Below the pieces are notes generated by a model. That model did no database searches. It was not told where the DNA came from and was given only the letters and a program-made list of their open reading frames with translations. Of a stretch of DNA of 64,000 nucleotides, positions 1 through 10,422 are shown one piece after another. The translations under genes and the position numbers were made by a program. The DNA is from Balanoglossus misakiensis (taxonomy: Eukaryota > Animalia > Hemichordata). The stretch is from assembly GCA_040954595.2 (NCBI GenBank), contig CM082593.2:9929200-9993199 (forward strand), read 5' to 3'. Position 1 is the stretch's first letter. Every line of letters starts with the position of its first letter.

Positions 1-199
1 AATGAACGCTTGGGGGCTTACATTGACCTATGATGTACGCATGTACACCCTGTGATGTGCTGTTGATGTTGACATATATTTAAACTTAAGCTCATACCAT
101 ATTTAAATAAACAAAATAGTCTCAACAGGTGTATGTCACTCTAATTCTGTTTCAGGCAGTTTTACCAACATATATTAATCAAAAGAAATACTGGTAAGA

Positions 200-3132
200 A
201 TGCCTCACATTAAGAAGAGAAAGAGTAATTTTGACATTGGACGATGGGCAGTTGAAAAAAAGATATCTAAACTGATAGAAAAGGAAAGGCATGAACAAAA
301 TCAACATGAATCTCAGCTAGGTACCAAGCTTAAGTTAGAGAAAGTGCAGGACAATGAAATAAGAAACAGGTCAGAGTTGAAGGAGAAAAGGCGTAGGTTT
401 GACATTGGGAAATGGGCAGCAGACAGAAAACGTAAAAATGAAGAGAGTGCTGAGATCAGGGCGAAGAGACGGAAGGTAGATGAAGGAAAGAAACTAGTTG
501 ACAAGGCCAGGAAGCGACTAGATAGACTAACTAAAAACATAAACATCTCAGTCAGGAAGCAGCCAGGTTCCACCGTGAGGTATGTTTTGTTTTAATTATG
601 ATTTGCATAACAGGTTTGAGATATTTTTGCTTGATATTGTGAAGTTTGTGTTACACAGTATACTATGATGTTGTGACATGCTAAGGGAAATTTATATTTC
701 TTGTGAATTTTTCTTTAGTGACGATGATTTAATCAATTTTACTTACAACTGTAATTGCCACATAATTAGTGTTCATTCCATTAAAATGCTTTACACACAC
801 AAACACACACACATACACAGAATAATACCAGTTTGATTGTCCACAGAAACTGGCAAGTCTCTCATATTTGTCACAATTAACCTGGGTGACATATTTTCTT
901 TTTCATGTATAACAGAACACATGTCATTCATCAACTGCCAAGAAAAAGCACTGGGTTAAGAAGAGCAGTGAAGTTCATCCATGTAACAGTGAGTGCCTGA
1001 CAGTTACCAAACCAGTTCAAAATAACCGCCGAGTGAAGACACTACAGGTAGCTGCTGGTATACATCAGTCGTCAACAGAGACTGAAAATGCTACTGGTAA
1101 TACATTAAATCCTCAGAAGGCTGTATTAGATGGTCTGTGGTTTACACTGATCAATTCAGTCACTCCTGGAGAGATGGAAAAATACCTCTCAACTTCATCT
1201 AAATTTTCTAACATAATTATGCCATCATTATTGCAAAAATCCATTTCTAAATTCGAAAACAGTGAAAATAACCTCATCAGGAGTGTCAGAGTTGTTTATC
1301 AGAATGGAGTATTGTCAAGGCGAAAGTACAATGCCATTCGTAACAGTGAACTGCAGTCCATTTCTCAGTTAAAACAACCTAGGAGTGTACTGCAATTTCA
1401 CCATGGATGTAAAATTCCAAGGTTATTAACCTATAATAAGGTTGTTCACTATGTGCGTAATTTAGATATTGGTGACCTGCAGCCTGTGATAGATAATGGG
1501 AGAGTAGTTGGTATGTACAGAAATGAAGAGGAGATGCTTCTGAAAATGGCAGACCTTTACACATTGTTGAATAAGGAACACCACCCTGGAATTTTGAACT
1601 GGTTTGGCAAGCCAGAGGGTGTGTTCCAAATTGCCCTCGGTGCTGATGGGGCACCATTTGGTAAATATGGGCAAGCAACTGCTTGGTTAGTTAGCTTTGT
1701 AAATGTATGCCATAGAGTAGCCAGTCCAGATGATAACTTTCTCCTGCTAGGAGCAAATTTGAAAGAGGAACACCCAATATTAATTGAATATGCAGCCTCA
1801 CTAAGCAGACAGCTTGAGGTCATTGAAAGCAAAACATATGTAATAAATGACCTCCAGGTAAGGTTTGAGGTGTCCCTTCTACCCTTTGACCAAAAAGGTC
1901 TTGCATGTATGTCAGGGGAACTGTCAAATGCAGGACAGTTTTTCAGCTCTTTTGCCACTGTTTCTAAGGGTACAATAGATGTTATAGGGGCAGATATAGG
2001 TCCTAGAAGTAAATGGAAAGAGTGGGGATATCCAAAAAGAATAACAGATGCTGAAGCAGTAGCAAATTTCAAATCGACTTCGGCAAAAAAGGCCAAAAAG
2101 GGTGATATAGTTCGATCAAAAGTGACAAGCTTCATTGCAAGTAGGAATTCAAGACAGGAGTTTCTTCCACCACTCGGAAAATATATTCAACATGCAAAGA
2201 TTGAGCCTCTTCATCTCAAAAATAATGCATGGCAGTACTTTTTTCAAAGGTTGTTGACTGATGCTGTTGCCAAAACTGACCAGAGTGCTGTTGATAAAGG
2301 GGTAACATTGGAAAAGCTGCCAAGTGACTCCTGTCTGTACAATTTTCTCTATGCTGTAAAATACAAGGTAAGAGCAGGAAAGTTGTATAATCAAATTGTG
2401 AAATACTTCAATGAAAATAAGGTAAGTAAAAACATGCAAGCAGTGAAAGTACATCGATTCACTGGCGAGGAATCTAGAAAGGTTGCTTGGTCTTTCATGT
2501 CCCTCATCAATGCATTGAGTACACCTAATGAAAAGCCACATGTAAAAGCCAGATTGGCACTCCTGACATATATTGGTATTCTTCTGAGAGATATCACATC
2601 CTTGTGCTCAAGATTCCGTATCAGTGAGAGTGATATCACAGTGTTGAGACAGAAGTGCAGGTGGTATTTTAATCTTCATTCCTTGTTTCTCACTGTAAAT
2701 AACACGGTGTGGCACATAGGATATGCTTTGCCTAAACACATATGTGAAATTTATGAGAAATTTAACATGGGTCTGGGTCTGAATACAATGGAGGGGAGAG
2801 AGGCAAAACACCAACGCCTTCTCGAGTACAGCCACAATTCTACACCCCAGAATAGATGGCGTCTTATATTTAGACATGAATATGTATTGCTGTACTGGCT
2901 TCGAATGCAAGATCCTTATTCAGATAATTATCGTGGTCAGGGAGAAAGCGAGTGTAAATCTTGTGTTAAATATATCCCTGACAAATATTATAATGACCCT
3001 TCCCTCTGTTTCTGTGGGAATGAGAAACAGACTAACACACAGTCCTGCCAAATGTGTACAAGTGATTTTATGGCAGAAATAAAAAAATCTGCCATCAGTG
3101 GTAAGATTACAAATATGCTAAAAAAAAAATGA
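200..3132 (+). CDS. Divergent RAG1/Transib-like (CMC-related) DDE transposase, probably spliced: exon 200-574 + exon 916-3132 (~863 aa)
   Basis: 699-aa ORF (1033-3132) is open upstream to 916. Motifs in RAG1-core order: ALGADGAPFG (D at 1645, cf. RAG1 KESCDGMG D600), LLPFDQKGL (D at 1888, cf. GTGYDEKLV D708), IEPLHLKNN (cf. IDALHCDIGN), FTGEESRKV (cf. MNGNFARKL), LGLNTMEGREAKH (E at 2800, cf. IGAWASEGNESGN E962). Donor ACC|GTGAGG at 575 and pyrimidine-rich acceptor AACAG| at 915 join the K/R-rich 200-595 ORF in frame (phase 0). AATAAA near 3337 and 3360. Confidence 0.75.
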
Positions 3133-4694
3133 AGTAAAGGTGTGTTCCTGCTTGAAACTCTGTATGTGATTGTTGTAAATATGGACTTGTGACTTTTATA
3201 ATACATCATGTATGATGTAATATGCTGAAAGTAATGTGTTAAGCAGTTGCCTGAATCAGCTTTGTTGTTTTGGCAAATACCTTTGTCACTTCTATGTCTA
3301 TGACTTCAGAATGAGAATTAGAAATGATATGAAAATAATAAAGTATAGAAATATGTTGAAATAAATATCAAGTGTTTCCTATATACAGCTATGTAATTAT
3401 TTTCATGATTTTTTACCATGTAGGTGTTCAACGAATGAAATATGGTATACTTTGTTTCTTATACACATCAGCCCGAACGCAGGTCAGCCATTTGACCGTT
3501 AATTGCCCAGTTTTTTAGTTCTGGTGACGCCCTCAACGTTCTGTCGTACACACAGCCAGAAGTGGCATGCGAAAGTCCCGCGCTTTTTTTAATGCCAAAT
3601 TAACAAGCAGGGACGGCAGTTGAATGACTCAAACTGATAAAATGGCCAAAATTATATCTAAACTACATATCTGTATGTTTTTTGTTGGTAAAAAACACGT
3701 TTTCTTTGCAAAAATGAGCGAATTACGGAGTGACCCCAGAACAACTAAAATCAAAACACGCCGCACTTCCGGGTTTTTACGAACTGCCGCACTTTTATAT
3801 AAAAATGAATTTTTAAATTTAAACATCATTTTCAGTGAATTCGATATATCTTGTAATAAAATTTAAAAAATCATGATGCAACCCCCAGAGGTATTCCCTC
3901 AAGAGCTCCTTAAACTCAGCCCGTATTGTGACGCAACAGCCTCAGAGTAGCTCATAGAATTGCACGTACTTGGCCGAGTTGTATCGCCGAACTGTTGCTC
4001 AGCAGAGTCTGCAATCATCAAATTTTCGTTGTGTCGAAATTGGCTAGCATGATCGCTGTATTTCAGCGTATAAATCTTGTACTGTCTCCCCTTGCTCTCT
4101 CCCCGTTCTGAACAGTTTGTGGAGAGTGGAAGGCCAAAGTCACAGGGGGCCTAGTTGAGGATTTCATTCGTAGTCGTACAGCTCGTAGTGCCTATATCGT
4201 GGACGCGGTCAGTCTATGTATCAGAATAGACAAATTACAAAAGCTTGTTCTCAATAAACATAACTTCAGTCATTTCTTTTCTTTTGACACTGTGCTCAAG
4301 TCTTCAAACTATGAATCACTGTGGCAATCAAGATGAACCGTGGACATACGTGCATGTACACAGTGCCCGTAGCTCTGCGTGGCAGCCTGGGCTTTGTGTG
4401 TACGTCTGCGGTGATAAGACACGCAGCCCAGCCAAGCAGAGCTAACAGTGCCCGTAGCACTCGACCGTAGCATCGGCAATAATGCACTGAAAATTGACAT
4501 TGCAAATCGTAGGAATATATCTGTAGGAACAGAGTCATATACAGTTTTACAGTAATTTAATGTTTTATTATATCCAAGAAAGTGTGGCTCGTTCCATGGT
4601 CACCAGACAAAACAAATCGCGCAGTTCACTTCACATCGTGTACACTGGCTGCGCCTGCACGAAACGCGGAAGTCGAGCCGCGTCACGTAAAGTG

Positions 4695-5050
4695 CAAGGT
4701 TCACAAGAAAGCGCCGCACTTTTTTATAAAACGTCTGAAACACTTCAAATTTTGCCTAGCGTTAGATTGATAAATAACCTAACTCGCGATGTAAAAATTG
4801 TCGGGCAACCTTAAATATTTCTTAAAAGACGGATAGGTGAACTTGAGATATGTCACAATAACTCGCGTTCACCGGAAAATGAAGGGTTCACGAGAAAGTG
4901 CAGCACTTTTATATAAAACGTCCGAAACACTTCAAATTTAACACAGCTTTAGACTGATAAATTACCTAACTTGCGGTGTAAAGATTATTGTGCAACCTCC
5001 AATATTTCTTGAGATACGGGTCGGTAAACTTGAAAAACATCGCAATACCT
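4695..5050. repeat. Imperfect ~190-bp tandem duplication between the two convergent ORFs
   Basis: ggttcac-agaaag-gc-gcactttt-tataaaacgtc-gaaacacttcaaattt occurs at ~4698 and ~4886; a shorter related gccgcacttttatataaaa at ~3786. Confidence 0.6.
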
Positions 5051-5565
5051 CCGTTTTTCATTCACGGTCGATCGTGGGAAAAAACGTCTACAACCCAATC
5101 CCACCATGCTTAAGGCGCGATAATCTGCCAACATATCCGTACGATTCTAGTTTTATCGATACTGTTGTCATTTCAAGGTAAAGACTCTCCAATCGGACAA
5201 AATCGCCCGTGTTTTCTGAAGGTTAGCGCAACAACAAAAATAAGCTACCATTTTGAAAATAGTCACGTGACTTTTTCCAATAAACGCCCTCATCGTTGGG
5301 TGGTTGCGTTCGGGCTGACATGCCTTTTATGTATATATAGCAAGATATTAACATTATGATAATCAATGAAATAAAGACATCAGAATGAATCAAATGCACT
5401 GTTTCTTTATTTGTGTGTGAATTTTGGAATGCATACATAAAAAAAAATTAAATTATGAAATTCAATGCACCTGGGGAATAATTCTGAAATAAATAAGAAA
5501 TTAAATTCAATAAGTGCAGGAAATGTCAAGTCCCAACAGCAACAGTTAACACCAGGTAAGTTCCA

Positions 5566-6178
5566 TCATAGGTGTTGTGGCACACCATGCTTATTCCAGC
5601 ATCCGTAGTGGAAGTGTATAGTTGTTGTTTCCATGGACTTCCTATACCTGATAATTAGGGGCTTCTCATCTGTACACACCACTGCAACCCTTTGACCCCT
5701 GCATTCCTTGAATAAAAGCTGCTGGTTGTCATAGCGATCTCCTTTGCCTAACACATAGTTGACCTTGTTGATCCAAGTGAACCTCAGGGTTACCGTACCA
5801 GGGGTCTCCTTCTCATCTATACCCATCGAATTACGCGCAGCATACAGCTGAATGATATTAAAAACTTCACTAGGAATGTTCCTACTAAAGCTGCCTTTCC
5901 AGGGATTTCGAAGGGAACTCGATGGTTTCATCTTCTGCTTCAAGATTGACCGCCAATGTGCCATCTCACGCTCAAACATAGGATAAAGGGGTATCTGCAT
6001 AAACCTCGTTTTATCTGGTGTGTCATGCTTCTTGGCAGCAACATCAACGGCAGCGTCAAGGTCATAAAAAACTATGCAAATTGATGTTACCGAAGGTTTT
6101 CCTCCGTAATAGTTGAAACTTGGCCTGGCGTAGCTTTTGTTTTACGACCTTGGTTGTTTTGATCATGGGCGCCGCCAT
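5566..6178 (-). CDS. Orphan ORF convergent with the transposase gene; 144 aa from the Met at 6000, frame open to ~6140, possible true start ATGGCGGCG at ~6178 requiring a 1-nt frameshift
   Basis: Protein-like composition (…FYDLDAAVDVAAKKHDTPDKTRFMQIPLYPMFERE…WKGSFSRNIPSEVF…HFHYGCWNKHGVPQHL). AAGATGGCGGCG start context on the minus strand near 6170-6181. Minus-strand AATAAA at 5406-5411. No family recognised. Confidence 0.45.
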
Positions 6179-6388
6179 CTTGTATACCGGTTGCTAACAG
6201 GATGACCTCATCGGTGACCTCTATTTTACATATAAATGCTTCGCGGAATACTACTCAAAATCGGTACGCTCGTGGACCGCAGTGTCGCCTGCGGCTCGGG
6301 CATCATCAATATTATAGTCAGAGATCACCATCCCTCGTGCAGGCTTCAAATCGTGATATTGCCCTCGCTATCATGTGTTATTATTTAA

Positions 6389-6403
6389 ATACCAATGGGA
6401 CCT
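6389..6403 (-). mobile_element. 15-bp 5' tip of a Helentron-like (HINE family A) element, interrupted by the sequence to its left
   Basis: taccaatgggaccta is the exact reverse complement of taggtcccattggta, which starts the elements at 14711 and 17164; it abuts an A-run of the satellite. Confidence 0.6.
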
Positions 6404-6770
6404 AAAAATTGTCATTTTGAGATGATGTTCATCAGCTATGACCAATGATTTTTTTTCAAAAAATTGAAGAAATTTTGAACTTTCGCAAAGTCGAAAAATT
6501 GTCATTTTTGGATGATTTGCATGAGCTATAACGCATGATTTTGTTCTTCAAAAATGTGAAGAAATATTGAACTTTCGCAATGTGGAAAAATTGTAATAAT
6601 GCTATAACCCATGATTTTTTTCCAAAAAACGAAAAAATTTTGAACTTTCGCGAAGTCGAAAAATTGTAATTTGTTGATGGTTTTCATGAGCTGTAACCCA
6701 TGACTTTTTTAAAAAAATGAAGAAATTTTGAACTTTCGCAAAGTCGAAAAATTGTTATTTTTGGATGATT

Positions 6771-7789
6771 TTCATTTCATTTCATTTCATTTCATAGTTT
6801 ATTCGCTAATGTATGTTTGAAAATAAAATACACCAGAAATCTCATTGGCTCGAACTCTAACAATATTAAGACATTTGCAATGTAAAAACAGGGTCAACGA
6901 CACCGATAAAATACAAACACTCACTATAAAAAGTTACGAGTATCTGGCTAAAGGGTCCACCCCATTCAATTGACGGACTGCTGATGGATAAAAACTTTTC
7001 CTATGACGTTCTGATTTTGTTGCAATTGAGCGGTAACGCTTGCCTGATTGCAAAAGTGAAAACTGATGAAAGGCAGGATGAGAAGAATCGGAGAGTATAG
7101 ACTTTGTTTTCTTGTGCATCCTAGATCTGTATAGGTCATCTAATTGAGGCAGGTTTACACCAATAATGCGCTTAGCAGAACGTATTACTCTGTTTAATAG
7201 ACGGCGGTCTCCAACAGTTGAGCTCCCGCACCAGACAGCAATGGAGACTGTCAACACACCCTCGACAACTGCCCGATAAAATTTTATCAGGAAATCCCTG
7301 CTAAGACCGAAGCCCGCCAGCCCTCGTAGAAAGAACAATCGTCGCTGAGCTTTCTGAACACAATGCTCGACGTGCGCCTGCCAGGTTAAATCACTAGAGA
7401 TGTAGATGCCGAGGAATTAAAAGGTGTCAACTATCTCGACATCTGTACCATTGATAGACAAAGGTGTGAGGGGGGTCTTATTCCTCCGAAAATCGATAAT
7501 GATCTCTTTTGTCTTGCTAACATTTAATTCTAAGTTATTGGCAGCACACCACATCACCAATTCATCAACCTGGCGGCGATAATTGATCTCATTTTCGTCA
7601 ATCAGCCCAGCAACAGTTGTATCATCTGCAAATTTAATAGTGAGTGAGTTTTCAAACCACGATATGCAATCCGAAGTCATTAGAGAATAAAGCAATGGAA
7701 ACAGGGCACAACATTGTGGTGCACCTGTATTCAAAACCAGTGTTTTAGAATATCGTGAACCTATTGTGACCATCTGTGGTCGGCCTTAA
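6771..7789 (-). mobile_element. 5'-truncated non-LTR retrotransposon, Rex1/Babar-like, reverse transcriptase C-terminal half
   Basis: LNTGAPQCC…LLYSL, IKFADDTTV, LELNVSKTKEIIIDFRR, then an in-frame stop (TF*FLGIYIS), AQRRLFFLR…FYRAVVEGVLT…SHPAFHQFSLLQSGKRYRS…SFYPSAVRQLN. Ends in a (TGAAA)n 3' tail at 6771-6795. Confidence 0.88.
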
Positions 7790-10422
7790 GAAAATCATCC
7801 AAAAATAACCCATGACTTTTTTTTCCAAAAATGTGAAGAGACGTTGAACTTTCGCAAAGTCGAAATATTGTCATTTTGGACGATTTTCATGACTCATGAT
7901 TTTTTTTATAAAAAGTGAAGAAATTTTGAACTTTCGCAAAGTCTAAAAATAGTCTTTTTTGGACGATTTTCATGAGCTATAACCCATGATTTTTTCTTCA
8001 AAAATGTGAAGAAAATTTGAACTTTCGCAAAGTCTAAAAATAGTCATTTTTGGACTATTTTCAGGACCTATAACCCATGATTTTCTTCAGAAAATGATGA
8101 AATTTTGAAATTTCGCAAAGTCGAAAAATTGTCATTTTTGCATAATGTTCATGAGCTATAACCCATGATTTTTTTTCTTTTGAAATTTCGCAAAGTAACT
8201 CATGATTATTTCAAAAAATGAAGAAATTTTGAACTTTCGCAAAGACGAAAAATTGTCATTTTTAAATGATTTTCATGAGCTATAACGCATGATTTTATTC
8301 TTCAAAAATGTGAAAAAAGTTTGAACTTTCGCAAAGTCGAAAAATACACATTTTTGGACAATTTTCATGAGCTGTAGCCCAAGAAAATTCGAACTTTCCC
8401 AAAGTCGATTTTTTTTTATTTTTGGATGATTTTCAAGAGCTCAAACCCATGATTTTTTCCCCAATAATGTGAAGAGATGTTGAACTTTCGCAAAGTCTAA
8501 AAGTAGCCATTTTTGGACCATTATTTTCTTCAAAAAATGAAGAAATTTTGAACTTTCGCAAAGACGAAAAATTTTTGATTGATTTTCATGAGCTATAACG
8601 CATGATTTTTTTCTTCAAAAATGTAAAGAAAATTTGAACTTTCTCAATGTGGAAAAACTGTCATTTTTGGATGATTTTCATGAGCTATAACGCATGATTT
8701 TTTTCTTCAAAAATGTGAAAAAATTTTGAACTTTCGCAATGTGGAAAAATTGTCATTTTTGGATGATTTTCATGAGCTATAACCCATGATTTGTTTCAAA
8801 AAAGTGAAGAAATTTAGAAATTTCGCAAAGTCGAAAAATTGTCATTTTTGGATGATTTGCATTACCTATAACCCATGATTTTTTTCAAAAAAGAGAAGAA
8901 ATTTTGAAATTTCGCAAAGTCGATTTTTTTTTATTATTAGGGGATTTTTATGACCCATTAATTTTTCAAAAAATGAAGAAATTTTGAACTTTCGCAAAGA
9001 CAAAAAATTGTGATTTTTGGATGATTAAATGAGCTATAACGCATGATTTTTTTCTTCAAAAATGTGAAGAAATTTTGAACTTTCACAATGTTGAAAAATT
9101 GTCATTTTTGGATGATTTTCATGATCTATAACCCATGATTTTTTTCAAAAAGTGAAGAAATTTTGAAATTTCGCAAAGTCGAAAAATTGTCATTTTTGGA
9201 TGATGTTCACGAGCTATAACCCATGACTTTTTTCTTTTGAAATTTCGCAATTAAAATTTGACGATTTTCATGACCTATAACCCATGATTTTTTTTCAAGA
9301 AAACGAAGAAATTTCGAACTTTCGCAAAGTCGATTTTTTTATTTTTGGATGATTTTCAAGAGCTCAAACCCATGATTTTTTCCCAATAATGTGAAGAGAT
9401 GTTGAACTTTCGCAAAGTCTAAAAATAGTCATTTTTGGACGATTTTCAGGACCTATAACCCATGACTTTTTTCAAGAAAACGAAGAAATTTTGAACTATC
9501 GCAAAGTCAAAAAATTGTTATTTTTGGATGATTTTTAGGAGCTAAAACCCATGATTTTTTTTCAAAAAAGTGAAGAAATTTTGAACTTTCGCAAAGACAA
9601 AAAATTGTCATTTTTGGATGATTAAATGAGCTATAACGCATGATTTTTTTCTTCAAAAATGTGAAGAAATTTTGAACTTTCGCAATGTTGAAAAATTGTC
9701 ATTTTTGGATGATTTTCATGAGCTATAACCCATGATTTTTTTCAAAAAGTGAAGAAATTTTGAACTTTAGCAATGTTGAAAAATTGTCATTTTTGGATGA
9801 TTTTCATGAGCTATAACCCATGACTTTTTTCTTTTTTCAAAAAAGTGAAGAAATTTTGAACTTTCGCAAAGTCTAAAAATAGTCTTTTTTGGACGATTTT
9901 CATGAGCTATAACTCATGATTTTTTTTTCAAAAAAGTGAAGAAATTTAGAAATTTCGCAAAGTCGAAAAATCGTCATTTTTGGATGATGTTCATGAGCTA
10001 TAACCCATGATTTTTTTCTTCAAAAATGTGAAGCAAATTTGAACTTTCGCAATGTGTGGAAAAATAGTCATTTTTGGACGATTTTCAGGACCTATAACCC
10101 ATGATTTTCTTCAGAAAATGAAGAAATTTTGAACTTTCGCAAAGACAAAAAAATGTCATTTTTGGATGATTTTCATGAGCTATAACCCATGATTTTTTTC
10201 AAAAAGTGAAGAAATTTTGAAATTTCGCAAAGTCGAAAAATTGTCATTTTTGGACGATTTTCATGACCTATAACCCATAATTTTTTTCTTAAAAAATGTG
10301 AAGAAATTTTGAACTTTCGCAAAGTCGAAAAATTGTCATTTTTGGACGATTTTCATGACCTATAACCCATGATTTTTTTCAAGAAAACGAAGAAATTTCG
10401 AACTTTCAGAAAAGTCGATTTT

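Noticed and set aside
313-2910. Minus-strand ORFs overlapping the transposase gene
   Set aside because: Antisense shadows of the long + strand ORF with no independent motifs.
4288-4400. CACAGTG/CACTGTG heptamers as canonical RSSs for the RAG1-like gene
   Set aside because: No ACAAAAACC-like nonamer at 12- or 23-bp spacing, and 7-mers occur by chance; kept only as a weak candidate end.
5566-6000. RAG2-like gene
   Set aside because: Too short, with no kelch GG repeats and no PHD cysteine pattern.
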